A DNA stretch of 64,000 nt from Limnothrix sp. BL-A-16 (GCA_041937175.2 CP166615.1:1440001-1504000); one strand, 5' to 3'; shown: positions 21,889 to 33,636, numbered from the stretch's first letter. Program-made: numbers and translations. The notes: a model not told the origin generated them from the letters alone.

Positions 21889-22243
21889 AGGGGTATTGCT
21901 GCTTCTGAGGCGATTGGGAAAATTTGGCTGTATTTCTTGCTTTCTATAGTGGTTCGTGGGGGCGAGATGATGAAGGGGTATTTACCGAACCGGCTTGATG
22001 GCGGTTTTAGGCGTTGGGGGCATGGTTGAGGCAAGTTTGGGCCCTGGCGATCGCCCTTTGGGAAACCACCGGGGATACCTACGAGAGCTGGCGATGTGGT
22101 TGTGATTCACAGCAAATTTGGGGTGAATTTGGGGTGAATTGGGATCAATTGGGGGGTCAATGGGATCAATCTGAATCACTCGTAAATTGATCAAATTAAT
22201 CACCCCAAGCGCGATCGATTGCCTGGGGTGATCATTAGGAATG

Positions 22244-23038
22244 CTATGCCTCGGATCCTGTGGAAGCGGATCGAAACAGCTTCCCAATTCCTTGGATTAA
22301 GCTGCTGCGGGGCATGAATCGGCCGGCGTTCACCAAAATTTGATTGGCCAAGCCGCCCGTAACGCAATTGGGCTTCCCTTGGGCGATCGCCTGGAGTGCC
22401 TCTTGAACAACGGCTTCGGGAGTGGCGATATCGTTGGGCATCTTCAGGCTGCTGGGGAATTCGGCCACGGCGGCAAAGTTGGTTGCGGTGGGGCCCGGAC
22501 AAAGGGCCATTACCTGCACGCCGCGGCCTTGGCACTCGACCCACAGACCTTCGCTGAAGCTGAGGACAAAGGCCTTGGTGGCGGCATAGAGCGAGAGGTA
22601 GGGAATGGGCTGAAAGGCGGCAGTGGAGGCAACGTTGATGATTTGTCCTTGGCCCCGATCGAGCATGGGTTGCAAGAAGTGGTGTGTTAGCTCCATGAGG
22701 GCCACCACGTTCAGGTTTAACATCGCCCGCTGCTTGGCCAAGTTGCGAGTGGCGAATTCCCCAAAATCTCCGAAACCGGCATTGTTAATTAACCAATCGA
22801 TCGGCTGACCGAGGGCTTGTATTTGGGTGGTCAACTGGTCGGCTGCGCCCGGCTCACTGAGGTCGATCGACAGGGCGATCGCCTGGATGCCAAATTGGGT
22901 GGTTAAGGCCTGGGCTAACTGTTGAAGGGTTTCGGTCGATCGAGCCGTCAAAATCACATTCACGCCACGGGCCGCGAGGGCTTGGGCAAAGGCTGTGCCA
23001 ATGCCGCTAGAAGCGCCGGTAATTAGGGCTGTTGCCAT
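22244..23038 (-). CDS. Short-chain dehydrogenase/reductase
   Basis: TGASSGIG, NNAG, YAATK; probable start MATALITG. Confidence 0.92.
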   Translation of the reverse strand: MATALITGASSGIGTAFAQALAARGVNVILTARSTETLQQLAQALTTQFGIQAIALSIDLSEPGAADQLTTQIQALGQPIDWLINNAGFGDFGEFATRNLAKQRAMLNLNVVALMELTHHFLQPMLDRGQGQIINVASTAAFQPIPYLSLYAATKAFVLSFSEGLWVECQGRGVQVMALCPGPTATNFAAVAEFPSSLKMPNDIATPEAVVQEALQAIAQGKPNCVTGGLANQILVNAGRFMPRSSLIQGIGKLFRSASTGSEA

Positions 23039-23371
23039 GGGAAAGCCTCTCTTTGGGCGATCATGAAGGTTCAATCGTGAAAGAAATCTTAGGATCGATA
23101 CTGTGCCAATTGCGTCAATGGCACTGCTGGACAGGTTCCCCGGTAAATGCCGGTTTGGAAACCGTGCCATTCTGGACAACAGACCCCTATGAAGCAGCCG
23201 ATAGTAATCGGGCATGGGTGGTGGGGCTAATCAGTGGTCAGCTGTGGCCTGAGATGTGGCCTGAATGAATACCTGAACGAGTGCCTGAACATTAGTACCT
23301 AACCCTATTTTGGGTTGAATTTTGGGTTGAAGCAGGTATCAACCCGATTGAGAAAGGAGAAGGAGTGGATC

Positions 23372-24346
23372 ATGGCTCGATCGATCAAACAACCTCAAGC
23401 AGTTCAGCAAGCTCCCCTGTTGGGTCAACGTGCCATTCGCTGGATTGGCCGAGTTGGCAGCGTAGCCCTGGGAAGTGGCTTGGCGATCGCCTTGGCTGCC
23501 GGTCAGGCCCTGGCGCTGGATAAGTTAGTGCTGCGGTTACCGGGCCTGGGTGATGTGGATATCACCATGGCGGAGCTAAAAACGTTTGCGGAAACGGGGC
23601 AAGCCAGCGGCGACTTTGGGCAACTGCTGAGCGATCCCAACGTGGCCAAGCAGGTGAGCCGAGCCGATTTGCAACGGATTTTGAAAAGCCCCTTCCAGGT
23701 GGGCAGCGCGGCGGCTCGCACGGCTCCGTCTGTGTTGAAAAGCTGTCCCGGTGAGTTGGTGATCGGCTCCATTAGCCAGGTGCTTTATGCCGACAATGCC
23801 CAGGGCAATGCTCAGCCCCTGACCGCCGCGATCGAGAAGGTGCTGTCCCGCGCTTCGGCGGCACCCGTCACGGCCTTGGATGTGTTGATGCAGCTTGAAC
23901 CGAAAACCATGACGGTGGATGCGGGTGAAGCCCTCAAAATCTATACCCGCGTTAAAACCAAGGTGCAGCCGATTATCAGCAAGGTGGGCGGCCTGACCGT
24001 GCGGGAACTGACCAGCATGGATTCGGCCAAGCTGAACCAATTGCTCTCAGAAGCTGGGGTGACCAGCAGCGACATCAGCAAGATTCAAGGGGCAATTCAG
24101 GCCTTTGGCACGATCGACCCGGGTTCCGACCTGGATAAACTGTTGCGCCAAGTGAATCTTGGTTCCCTGCTGCAAAAGGCGGCGGCTGGCGACTTTTCGG
24201 CGTTGCTGTCGGAATTGGGATCGATCAACGTGAGCCAAATCGATCTGAAACCTTATGAAGGACGCGTTAGTGGGTTCATGGCAGCCATGATGGAAGTCCT
24301 CGGGTTGCCGGTGAATCGGGGTGCAGCCTGTCGGGCGGTGATGTAA
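23372..24346 (+). CDS. Exported protein with DUF1400-like N-terminal domain
   Basis: Signal peptide ending ALA; pattern LDKLVLR...ITMAELKTFAETG; SD-like GGAG upstream. Confidence 0.6.
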   Translation: MARSIKQPQAVQQAPLLGQRAIRWIGRVGSVALGSGLAIALAAGQALALDKLVLRLPGLGDVDITMAELKTFAETGQASGDFGQLLSDPNVAKQVSRADLQRILKSPFQVGSAAARTAPSVLKSCPGELVIGSISQVLYADNAQGNAQPLTAAIEKVLSRASAAPVTALDVLMQLEPKTMTVDAGEALKIYTRVKTKVQPIISKVGGLTVRELTSMDSAKLNQLLSEAGVTSSDISKIQGAIQAFGTIDPGSDLDKLLRQVNLGSLLQKAAAGDFSALLSELGSINVSQIDLKPYEGRVSGFMAAMMEVLGLPVNRGAACRAVM

Positions 24347-24603
24347 GACCCCTGCGGTTCTTGACGATTTCCCCTGACCCGGGCCGCCACACCAAGGCAG
24401 CAACCAGTCTGATTGAAGCTGATCGCAAACTGACTTGCAAACGAACACCATCGCAAGCTTGATTGCCATCAACCATCAATACAGACTGGTTGCGACTCCC
24501 TGAAGTCTCTGATGCTGAAGCGTTGGTCGAAACGGTGCAAAAGCATTGTTAATCGGCCACGAGTCCCCATCCCACGAGTCCCCATCCAAGGACGGTACTG
24601 CTG

Positions 24604-25251
24604 ATGGTTATGTCTGTAGGTTCTCTCTTGTCGGATTCCGGGCCGGGGTGTGCGATCGCCCCTGCTAGCCCGCTGGGTGCTGCCCCGGCAAAATCCCTTG
24701 CTTGCCTGTTGCGTCGCGGGCGTTTCGCCCTGCTGGGGGCTGGAGCGGCGTTGTTGTCGCTGGCTCCCATGGCCCAGGCGGCGGATCAGGTTCAAATTCG
24801 CTATGGCCCGATCGGGGTCAGTGCCACCCTAAAGGATCTGCAAGCCTTTGCGGCTGATAAACCGGTTTCCGATAGCTTTAATAGCTTGCTGGGGCAAATC
24901 GAGTCCTATGGTAAGGTGCCGCGCGATCGCCTGCGGGGCTATCTGAATACCTCGATCGACCTGAAAGTTTTGGGCATTGATCCCGCCGACGCGGTGAAAT
25001 TGTCCTATGGTTTCGTCGGTGAGCGGTTGCTGAAGCGAGTGAGCGAAGTCATTTATCCCCCCTACGATCGGGGTAACTTCTACGCCCTGCGGGGGGCCCT
25101 GGTCACGGCGATCATGGACGACGGCAAAATTTCAGTTTTGGAAGTGCTAGAGGATTACGGCCCCAGCGTCGTGCGCCTGGATGCGGCCGGAGCCATGGGC
25201 ATGGCCAACGAAATTCGCGACGCGATCGGGCAATTCTTACCCGGCAAGTAA
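24604..25251 (+). CDS. DUF1400-like exported protein
   Basis: AQAADQVQIRYGP, ALRGALVTA, ISVLEVLEDY. Confidence 0.7.
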   Translation: MVMSVGSLLSDSGPGCAIAPASPLGAAPAKSLACLLRRGRFALLGAGAALLSLAPMAQAADQVQIRYGPIGVSATLKDLQAFAADKPVSDSFNSLLGQIESYGKVPRDRLRGYLNTSIDLKVLGIDPADAVKLSYGFVGERLLKRVSEVIYPPYDRGNFYALRGALVTAIMDDGKISVLEVLEDYGPSVVRLDAAGAMGMANEIRDAIGQFLPGK

Positions 25252-25521
25252 GATCCAGTGAGCAAGATCCAGTGAGCGGGCGGACGGTGGCCGAAGTCTC
25301 GGTCAGGATTCTTTAAGAATCCGCATCTTCCGCAATTTCCAAATCGTCGCCCCTTGCCAAACTGGGCTGCTCAACAGCTAGTCTAAACAACGCAATCAAC
25401 GCAATCATTGGGATGCTCAGGGCACTGGTTTTGGATGGCAACATGGCCCCAACACCAGTCCCGACAGCAAAAATCCCCAGCGATTGCGTTGTTTTCGCGC
25501 GTTTTTTTAGATTGCTCAACC

Positions 25522-26250
25522 ATGCGCTTTGACCTTGTCACCCTGTTTCCAGACTTTTTTGAATCCCCCCTGCGATCGGGCTTGGTGGGCAAAGCGCTGC
25601 AAAAAAAAATTGCCGAAGTCTTTGTCACCAATCCCCGCGACTTCGCCACGGACAAACATCGCAAGGTGGACGATGAACCCTACGGTGGCGGCGTGGGCAT
25701 GGTGATGAAGCCGGAGCCGATCGCGGCGGCCCTCGACTCTTTGCCGCAACTGCCCCGTCGGGAAGTGATTTACTTCACGCCCCAAGGGCAACCCATGACC
25801 CAATCTCTGTTTAAGGCCCTATCTGCCAATTGCGATCAACTGGTGTTGCTCTGTGGGCACTACGAAGGGGTGGATGAGCGGGTGATGAGCCTGGTTGATC
25901 GGGAAGTGTCCTTGGGGGATTTTGTGCTGACCTGCGGCGAAATTCCGGCCCTCACCCTCCTCAATGGGGTGTTGCGTCTTCAGCCGGGCACGGTGGGCAA
26001 GGAAGAATCCCTGAAGGCCGAAAGCTTTGAGGAACCGCTGCTGGATTATCCGCACTATACCCGGCCGCCGGAGTTTCGGGGGCTAACCGTACCAGCGGTT
26101 TTGATGTCTGGAAATCACGGGGCGATCGAGCAATGGCGACGCGAAGAACAAATTCTGCGCACCCGCGAGCGTCGTCCAGATTTGGATCGCCCCCCGCCCC
26201 CTTGCCCCCCCATCCCCCTTGCATGGGGCCCGATCAATGGACTCAGGTGA
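25522..26250 (+). CDS. trmD: tRNA (guanine37-N1)-methyltransferase
   Basis: MRFDLVTLFP, VDDEPYGGGVGM, CGHYEGVDER, SLGDFVLTCGE, YPHYTRP. Confidence 0.96.
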   Translation: MRFDLVTLFPDFFESPLRSGLVGKALQKKIAEVFVTNPRDFATDKHRKVDDEPYGGGVGMVMKPEPIAAALDSLPQLPRREVIYFTPQGQPMTQSLFKALSANCDQLVLLCGHYEGVDERVMSLVDREVSLGDFVLTCGEIPALTLLNGVLRLQPGTVGKEESLKAESFEEPLLDYPHYTRPPEFRGLTVPAVLMSGNHGAIEQWRREEQILRTRERRPDLDRPPPPCPPIPLAWGPINGLR

Positions 26251-26687
26251 AGTGGGTGATTCAGCGCCTAGAGGCTGATCAAATTCGCTATCAAGTGACG
26301 GGCGGCCTGGCGGGAAATCTCTATGGCTCCGCTTGGCCCCTGCATGATTTGGATGTTGATGTGGCCATGGCCGACTTCGATCGTGCCTATGCCTGTTTTC
26401 AGGATTGGGCGATCGCCCCGCCCGATCGATACATTGATTCGGAATTTGACCTTTTGCTACTGCGCCTCAATGTGAATGGGCTGTTGGTTGATCTTTGTGC
26501 CGATGAAGCCGCCTACGCCATTCGAGGGCAAAAACGGTTGTCCCTGAATACCGATCTCAAAACCGCCCACCGCACCCGCTACTTTGGTCAACCCCTATGG
26601 GTGCAGTCACTTCATCATCTGATTGCCTATAAGGAGCGGCTGGGGCGATCGGCCGATCTGGCTGAGCTGCGGCAACTGCTGCGTTAG
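26223..26687 (+). CDS. Nucleotidyltransferase-fold protein
   Basis: GGLA..YG....DLDVD motif and C-terminal K..LGR..D; overlaps the trmD 3' end. Confidence 0.65.
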   Translation: MGPDQWTQVKWVIQRLEADQIRYQVTGGLAGNLYGSAWPLHDLDVDVAMADFDRAYACFQDWAIAPPDRYIDSEFDLLLLRLNVNGLLVDLCADEAAYAIRGQKRLSLNTDLKTAHRTRYFGQPLWVQSLHHLIAYKERLGRSADLAELRQLLR

Positions 26688-26692
26688 GGACA

Positions 26693-27115
26693 TTAATCAT
26701 CCGGCTCTTGCAAATGCTCCAAGACCTGTTGATAGAGCACCAGGATGTGGCTGTCCTTGAGTCGGTAATAAACATGGCGGCCCTGTTTGCGGTAAGCCAC
26801 CAAGCGCTGGCTACGCAAAGCCCGCAACTGATGAGACACGGCCGATTCACTCATGCCAACGGCTTCGGCCAAATCGCAAACACAGAGTTCTTGATGAACC
26901 AGGGCCGACAAAATCCGCAGGCGGTTTGGATCACCCAACAGGGCAAACACTTCCGCCATCCGCTGGGCCATGTTGGTTGAAAGCACCCGATCGCTCAAGG
27001 CATTCTCCACCAAGGGAGCAGATGCTGTTGTTTCGTCGGGCGATCGCTTGTCGATCACCAAACGGTTTGAGGGACTTATAGTGGATAGCTCTATGCAGGA
27101 ATGATCGGCAGCCAT
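26693..27115 (-). CDS. ArsR/SmtB-family metal-sensing repressor (SmtB/ZiaR-like)
   Basis: [26 protein letters not shown]; alpha5 site DSH...EHLQE. Confidence 0.9.
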   Translation of the reverse strand: MAADHSCIELSTISPSNRLVIDKRSPDETTASAPLVENALSDRVLSTNMAQRMAEVFALLGDPNRLRILSALVHQELCVCDLAEAVGMSESAVSHQLRALRSQRLVAYRKQGRHVYYRLKDSHILVLYQQVLEHLQEPDD

Positions 27116-27613
27116 ACCCAGAATCCTTGTCAGTACTACGTTGCATTAACTGCTCGATGCCAAGCCAAGACCCCGTGCGGGAGTCATGGTGCTCTCAATT
27201 CTCTAGTACTACTCACTGGCGATCAAAACCAATCAAAACCAGGGTACTGCGTTTCGTTTTCTCGGAAACCGAGAACAAAAAATGATTGGCTTTTGTGAGG
27301 TGATATGAGAAGGACATCACTGAGCGAGGCTTCGAGAAGCGATCCCTATGGTTTCAAGATCCTTCCCACACCATATCGTGCCGCTTCCGGAGATGGACAA
27401 GCCCAGAAAGCCGGGATCGCACCAGCCCAGCTCAACTCCGTGGAAAATGAGAAGAGACTGGCCCCGAAGCACAAAGCGCTGGAGTCCTAGGAATTTAGGA
27501 ATTAGAGTCAGTTGACGATGGTTGATTGCAAATCTTGCGATCCCACCTTGTGGTGCTGTTAGCGCTTTCTGATAACATCTTATAAAAAGTTAACGATTAG
27601 TAACGAGTCCCTC

Positions 27614-28597
27614 ATGAGCATTCTTGTCGTTGGCGGAACCGGCACCCTCGGCAGGCAAATCGTGCGTCGCGCCCTGGATGAGGGACATACGGTGCGGTGC
27701 CTGGTTCGCAGTTACAGCCGGGCCTCATTCCTGCGGGAGTGGGGAGCAGAGCTGGTGGGCGGCGACATTTGCGATGCGGAGACGATCGCCCCGTCCTTTG
27801 CCGGTGGTGAAATTACCGCTGTGATTGACGCGGCCACGGCCCGGGCAACGGATTCCCTGGGGGTGCGCGATGTGGATTGGCGCGGCAAGGTCAATCTGAT
27901 TCAAGCGGCTAAGGAATCGGGAGTCGATCGCTACATTTTTCTCTCCATTTTGAATGCGAATCAGTTCCCCAAAGTGCCGTTGATGGAAGTCAAGCGCTGC
28001 ACGGAGGAATACCTGAAGCAATTGGAGATGAATTACACAATCCTGCGGCCCTGTGGCTTTTTGCAAGGATTAATTAGCCAGTACGCCATCCCGATTTTGG
28101 AAAATCAATCGGTGTGGGTGCCTGATCAGGGATCGCCCGTGGCCTACATGGACACCCAAGATATTGCGAAGTTTGCGGTGCGGGCCCTGACGGTCACGGA
28201 AACGGAGCGTCAGGCCTTCCCGGTGGTGGGGCCCAAGGCCTGGACTCCGGCGGAAATTATTGCCCTCTGCGAAAAACTGTCCGATCGCCAGGCAAAAGTC
28301 ACCAGTCCTCCCACGGGTCTGCTGAACTTGGTGCGCAGTGCGGCCCGCTGGTTTAAGTGGAGCTTGAATGTGGCCGATCGCCTGGCTTTTGCGGATGTGT
28401 TTTCTTCGGGTCAACCGCTGACGGCGGAGATGGCGGAAACCTATCGCGCGTTTGGCATTGATCCGGCGGAGATCAGCACCCTGGAAGCCTACCTGGAAGA
28501 ATATTTTGGGCGAATTCTGAAAAAACTGAAGCAAATTGACTACGAACAGTCGATCGCAGCGAAGGAAAGTAAGCGTAAAAAAACCTTGCGGTTTTAA
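27614..28597 (+). CDS. ycf39: Ycf39-like NAD(P)-binding protein (PSII assembly)
   Basis: GGTGTLGRQIVRRALDEG, FLREWGAELV, QYAIPILE, YMDTQDIAKFA. Confidence 0.88.
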   Translation: MSILVVGGTGTLGRQIVRRALDEGHTVRCLVRSYSRASFLREWGAELVGGDICDAETIAPSFAGGEITAVIDAATARATDSLGVRDVDWRGKVNLIQAAKESGVDRYIFLSILNANQFPKVPLMEVKRCTEEYLKQLEMNYTILRPCGFLQGLISQYAIPILENQSVWVPDQGSPVAYMDTQDIAKFAVRALTVTETERQAFPVVGPKAWTPAEIIALCEKLSDRQAKVTSPPTGLLNLVRSAARWFKWSLNVADRLAFADVFSSGQPLTAEMAETYRAFGIDPAEISTLEAYLEEYFGRILKKLKQIDYEQSIAAKESKRKKTLRF

Positions 28598-28730
28598 GGC
28601 GATCACAGTGGCATCCGGCTGGGGCACGATAGGATGAGTTTCGCCTGATTCGGTCACCAGGACGGAATCCTAGCCTGACTGACTCATCCACCGATTTGCT
28701 CCGCCCATCTCACTCCTTCGGTCGTTGCCC

Positions 28731-29663
28731 GTGTCTGACAGCGCCTGCCCAAACGTTGGAATTATCTATAACGATGCCAAACCCGTCGCGGAAAAGACGG
28801 CGGCGGATTTGGTCGAACAACTGTCGGCCCAGGGCTGTCGGGTCATTTCCACCACGGGATCCGGTGGAATTTTGGGTTGCTCGCGGCTGAACCATCCCGT
28901 TTGTTCTTCGCCGCTTGAACAGTTGGTGCCACCGGGGTTTGATCAATCGCTGGATTTCGCGATCGTGTTGGGTGGTGATGGGACGGTACTCTCGGCCTTT
29001 CGACAGCTAGCCCCGATCGGGGTGCCCTTGCTGACCGTCAACACCGGGCACATGGGGTTTCTGACGGAAATTTACCTGAGCCAACTTCCGGCTGCGATCG
29101 AACAGCTACGGGCGGGTAATTTTTCCGTGGAAAGTCGCTCCATGTTGGAGGTGCGGGTTTTTCGGGATGATGATCCCCTCTGGGAGGTGTTGTGCCTGAA
29201 TGAGATGGTGCTGCACCGGGAACCCATGACCAGCATGTGCCATTTTGAGGTGGCGATCGGGCATCACTCTCCTGTGGATATTGCGGCGGATGGCATTATT
29301 TTGTCCACGCCCACCGGCTCCACGGCCTATGCCCTGTCGTCGGGAGGGCCGGTGATTGCGCCGGAAGTGCCGGTGTTACAACTTGCGCCCATTTGTCCCC
29401 ACTCCTTAGCCTCTCGGGCGTTGGTGTTTTCCGAAACAGAGCCGGTCACAATTTTTTCGGCAACCCAAAACCCGATCGTGATGGTGGTGGATGGGAATGC
29501 GGGATGTTATGTGCAGCCGGACGATCGGGTGCGGGTGAATCGATCGGCCTATTCAGCCAAGTTCATTCGGTTACAACCGCCGGAATTTTTCCGAATTTTG
29601 CGTGAAAAGCTGGGCTGGGGGCTGCCCCACATTGCTAAACCCACATCGGTAGAACTGCCCTAG
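28731..29663 (+). CDS. nadK: NAD(+) kinase
   Basis: [35 protein letters not shown]. Confidence 0.93.
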   Translation: MSDSACPNVGIIYNDAKPVAEKTAADLVEQLSAQGCRVISTTGSGGILGCSRLNHPVCSSPLEQLVPPGFDQSLDFAIVLGGDGTVLSAFRQLAPIGVPLLTVNTGHMGFLTEIYLSQLPAAIEQLRAGNFSVESRSMLEVRVFRDDDPLWEVLCLNEMVLHREPMTSMCHFEVAIGHHSPVDIAADGIILSTPTGSTAYALSSGGPVIAPEVPVLQLAPICPHSLASRALVFSETEPVTIFSATQNPIVMVVDGNAGCYVQPDDRVRVNRSAYSAKFIRLQPPEFFRILREKLGWGLPHIAKPTSVELP

Positions 29664-29738
29664 GGGGTGCTTCAGGATGGATCAATCACCGATCGAAGCA
29701 CCGGGTAAATTTTCATCTAATCAAAACCCAACTACCCT

Positions 29739-31121
29739 CTAGCCTTTGGGTTGCTGTAGCCATTCCGTGACCAACGTGGCGAGTTTTTCGGCGGCTCCCG
29801 GTTCTCCCCGCACGGCCCGCAACCGATCGCCCATGGCCTGGAGCTGAGCGGGGTTGGCCAACAGGGCGATCGCTTGGTCAGCTACCAAAGTTGGCGTGAG
29901 CGGCCCCACCAGTTCCGGTACGATCGCTTCCCCAGCCCACAGGTTCGGCCAAGCCAACATCCCCAACCGACGCAGGGCCAAGCCATTAATCAACTTGGCA
30001 AAGAGGCCGCCCAAACCCGGCAGGTTTGCCAACAGCCCCGGAATGCCATTCCAGGCCCGCATGGCATCTAACTGCTGAGTAGGCAACAACACCAGCATGG
30101 GGCGAGCCAATGCGCCTAATTCGGCTGTATTTGCGCCGACGGTGGTGAGGCAGAGGTCACAGGTGCTGAGTAAGTCCCAGGCGGGCGATCGCTCCCAAAG
30201 CCAAATTTTTGTGCCCGCCGGGGTTTCCAGGTAAGGCAAGTTCTGGAGCGATCGGGGATCGGCCGGGGCGATCGATTCAGGCATTACCAGACGGGCTGTT
30301 GTGCCTGAAACCCAATCAATCACAGGATTGTGGGCGCGATCGGCATAGCGAGCCAAGGTGGACAGGTCGATCGTGGGAGCCACGGGAATCACAAATTCCG
30401 TTTGGGGCCGATCGGCTCGAATTTGATCGGCCGTGCCCAGCAATAACGGCACGCCTTGGGTGAGTTTGGCACTTTTGGAGCCGGGCAGCAGGGCTAGCCG
30501 TTCCCGATCGCCCTGCGGTGAATGGGTTAAACGGCCGGCCTCCAGCATCAGATCGCCTACCACGGCGACTTTGTGGGTGGCCCAGGAGGGAACTTGGGTG
30601 GCCAACCGGGGCAACCGCACCCCCACCCGATCGACCCAACGAAGCCAGCGTAAATCCCATTCCGCATAGATCACACTGCCATAGCCCAGGCGGCGGGCGA
30701 TCGCCACGGCAAAGAACTGATCGCCGCCCAAAAACAACACCACACCTCGATCGCGCCAGTCCCACCCTTCCGCCGTTCGTCCCCAAAGCAAAAAGGGCCA
30801 AAAGGCCGCAGCCCCTTGCACCCGATCGACTTCTGGAAATGATTGCACCACGGCCGCTTCCTGACCCGTTGCATTGGGACAGGGGGCCAAAACCACGGAA
30901 ATTCGCAGGTGCGATCGATCCGCTCCCCACTGCTGCCGCAAGGCCTGCACCACCGGGCGCACCCAGGTGGTGACCTCTCCGGGGCCGTTAGACAAAATCA
31001 AGAGATCCAGCGGCTCGGCAACAGTTGACATCATCTCAGGGGCGATCGGGCGGGAAGTCGGCATGATTGGTGCAGCCCAATGGGGTGCAGATCCAGCAGG
31101 GTGATGAACAGGATCGGCCAA
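29739..31121 (-). CDS. Lipid-A-disaccharide synthase-like glycosyltransferase (start probably near 31034)
   Basis: SNGPGE, GGDQF, LLPGSK, TTVGANTAE, AWPN...VPEL. Confidence 0.75.
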   Translation of the reverse strand: MADPVHHPAGSAPHWAAPIMPTSRPIAPEMMSTVAEPLDLLILSNGPGEVTTWVRPVVQALRQQWGADRSHLRISVVLAPCPNATGQEAAVVQSFPEVDRVQGAAAFWPFLLWGRTAEGWDWRDRGVVLFLGGDQFFAVAIARRLGYGSVIYAEWDLRWLRWVDRVGVRLPRLATQVPSWATHKVAVVGDLMLEAGRLTHSPQGDRERLALLPGSKSAKLTQGVPLLLGTADQIRADRPQTEFVIPVAPTIDLSTLARYADRAHNPVIDWVSGTTARLVMPESIAPADPRSLQNLPYLETPAGTKIWLWERSPAWDLLSTCDLCLTTVGANTAELGALARPMLVLLPTQQLDAMRAWNGIPGLLANLPGLGGLFAKLINGLALRRLGMLAWPNLWAGEAIVPELVGPLTPTLVADQAIALLANPAQLQAMGDRLRAVRGEPGAAEKLATLVTEWLQQPKG

Positions 31122-31217
31122 TGGGCTAGTGAATGGGTTGCATCAGCTAGCCGATTGTCTCAGACGGTCGATCTTCCTTGCTACCCAACTTCTCCGCCCC
31201 GATCGCCAGAATGGGGC

Positions 31218-32087
31218 TTAAAGGCAATTCAGCACATTCAGTTGATCCGTGGGCCGGTTGAGCGATCGCACGGGAATCCATCCCTGAACCGGCTGGTTAA
31301 TTTGCATCCACACAGCCCCTCCGGCCGTCGTGGACTCCCGATTTAACAACTGCACTTCACTCCCGGCCGCCACACCACCTCGCCGGGGGCTGGTCAGATC
31401 GGGGTTGGCATGAACCGATAGGCCTTCGCCATAGACCACTCGACGGCACAATTCCGGTTTGATTGGATTTTGGGGATTTTGGGCCGTGGTGCAAGGACGC
31501 AAGAAGGCCGCCGCCGCCCAGCCTTCGACCGTGCGCGAGCCGCTGCCCGTGATCACTGTTGCCCGCACAGGAACCCAGCCATTGCGGGCGCTGCCCGTGA
31601 CTTCCAGGGTGCGACCCTTGGCGATCGTGCCCAAAATGGGTGCGTCGTCATCGGCCCGGCTGCGAATATTCAAGGGGCGATCGCTCGTGGCCACCACTCG
31701 GCAGGTGCGGGGCGGCGTGGCCACTGCACAGGGCCGCAGAAAACTGCTGGCCACCCAACCTTCCACCGTGCGTGAGCCGTTGGCGGTAGGTACGGTGGCG
31801 CGAACTTGTACCCAACCATTTTGAGGGCCGCCAATCACGTCCAGGGTGCGACCCTTGGCGATCGTGCCCACAATGGAGGCGTTACTGTCGGCGCGACTGC
31901 GAATATTTAAGGGCGAGCCGTTGGTGGTGACCATGCGGCAGTTGGCTTCAGCGGCCGCAGCCGGTTGGGCCGTTGCCCCCATTGCCAACCCACCGGCCAC
32001 CAGGGCCACCGTCAACAGCATTGCTTGGCCATAACGCCGAGCCAGGTGGACTGAGCGAGTCCGAAGACCGAAAAGTGACTGATCCAT
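31218..32087 (-). CDS. Exported protein with three SH3b-like domains
   Basis: Signal peptide; repeated C-x-V-T...LNIRSRAD...GWV...FLRPC units, also repeated at the DNA level. Confidence 0.8.
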   Translation of the reverse strand: MDQSLFGLRTRSVHLARRYGQAMLLTVALVAGGLAMGATAQPAAAAEANCRMVTTNGSPLNIRSRADSNASIVGTIAKGRTLDVIGGPQNGWVQVRATVPTANGSRTVEGWVASSFLRPCAVATPPRTCRVVATSDRPLNIRSRADDDAPILGTIAKGRTLEVTGSARNGWVPVRATVITGSGSRTVEGWAAAAFLRPCTTAQNPQNPIKPELCRRVVYGEGLSVHANPDLTSPRRGGVAAGSEVQLLNRESTTAGGAVWMQINQPVQGWIPVRSLNRPTDQLNVLNCL

Positions 32088-32322
32088 AGGAAAAATCTGC
32101 AACACAGCAAGCATGGTGATTCGTCCTGAAGCTGGATCCCTGCGCTGGTTATAGAGCGAAGGAGGCAGGTTTGCAGGAGTTGCTCCCATTCTGGTCGAGC
32201 GGTTGAGCGATCACCCAGGATTTGGATCGATCGGTCAATTGACCATTTCGAGCCGCCTCGATCGAGGGGCGATCGAGCAAGATTTTGCCCCCATGCGACG
32301 ATGCTGCTGAGAACCCCGCAGG

Positions 32323-33636
32323 CTACAAGTCCCGATGGGTAAAGGGTTTAGCATCGGCTCCGGCATAGGTGGCCGCCACATGCCCCTGGCCCGTTAGGCG
32401 ATACTTATAGGTCACTAGACCTTCTAGCCCAACGGGGCCACGCGGTGGGAGGCGATTGGTGCTAATCCCCACCTCTGCTCCGAATCCATAGCGGAAGCCA
32501 TCGGCAAAGCGCGTGGAGCAGTTGCGATAGACCCCGGCCGCGTCCACTTCGGCCAGGAAGCGATCGGCGGCGGCATTGTCTTCCGTCACAATGGCTTCCG
32601 TATGGCCCGATCCATAGGTGGTGATGTGGTCGATCGCCTCGTCCAAGTCCGCCACGATTTTGATCGACAAAATCAAATCGCTATATTCCGTTGCCCAATC
32701 GGTTTCCGTGGCCGGGGCGATCGCGCAAATGCCTTGCAATAATTCACAGGTGGCCGCATCCCCGCGTAATTCCACCCCCTTGGCCACCAGGGCCCGGGCC
32801 AGCTCCGGCAACCCCTGCGGGGCGATCGCCCGGTGAATCAACAGGGTCTCGATCGCATTGCAAGCGGACGGATATTGGGTTTTAGCATCCACCGCGATCG
32901 GCACTGCTTTGGTTAAGTCCGCGGCCTCATCTACATAGAGATGGCAAATGCCGTCCGCATGGCCCAGCACCGGAATCCGCGTGTTGTTTTGCACAAACTG
33001 CACAAAGGCATTGGATCCCCGAGGAATAATCAAATCCACGTAGCGATCGAGTCGTAGCAGTTCCAAGGTTTCCTCCCGCGTGGTCAGCAGTCGCACGGCC
33101 GCCGGATCCACCGCTGAGTTTGCCAAGCCCCCGTGAATCGCCTCAATCAGCGCTTGGCAGGAGCGCACCGCCTCCTTGCCCCCTTTCAGGATCACCCCAT
33201 TCCCGGAGGCGATCGCCAGGGCCGCAATTTGCACCACCGCATCGGGGCGAGCTTCAAAAATCACCCCCAACACCCCCAGCGGACAGGTCACCCGCTCCAA
33301 AACCAGCCCTTGATCCAGTTCCCGGTGAATTTGCCGATCGCCCAAGGGATCCGGCAACTGGGCCAAGTCGCGCACTCCAGCGATCGCCCCCGCCAGCTTC
33401 ACCGCATCCAGCTTGAGCCGGCCATAAAGTGCCGAAGAAATTCCCTCCGCTTGGGCCGCTGTGCAATCTGCTTCATTGGCCGCCACAATCGCCGCCGCCC
33501 GATCGCTCAAAGATTGGGCCACCGCTTCCAAGGCCGCCCGTCGATCGGCCGTCGGCAGCAGCGCCAAAGCGCGGGCCGCCTGGCGGGTTTGGCGCGCAAG
33601 ATCAACCAACGTGGTCGCAGATGAAGCAACAGTCAT
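32323..33636 (-). CDS. proA: Gamma-glutamyl phosphate reductase
   Basis: [46 protein letters not shown]. Confidence 0.96.
   Translation of the reverse strand: MTVASSATTLVDLARQTRQAARALALLPTADRRAALEAVAQSLSDRAAAIVAANEADCTAAQAEGISSALYGRLKLDAVKLAGAIAGVRDLAQLPDPLGDRQIHRELDQGLVLERVTCPLGVLGVIFEARPDAVVQIAALAIASGNGVILKGGKEAVRSCQALIEAIHGGLANSAVDPAAVRLLTTREETLELLRLDRYVDLIIPRGSNAFVQFVQNNTRIPVLGHADGICHLYVDEAADLTKAVPIAVDAKTQYPSACNAIETLLIHRAIAPQGLPELARALVAKGVELRGDAATCELLQGICAIAPATETDWATEYSDLILSIKIVADLDEAIDHITTYGSGHTEAIVTEDNAAADRFLAEVDAAGVYRNCSTRFADGFRYGFGAEVGISTNRLPPRGPVGLEGLVTYKYRLTGQGHVAATYAGADAKPFTHRDL

Noticed and set aside
27101..27490. Metallothionein divergent from the SmtB-like repressor
   Set aside because: The short ORFs here lack the Cys/His pattern of SmtA, and no convincing operator palindrome is present.
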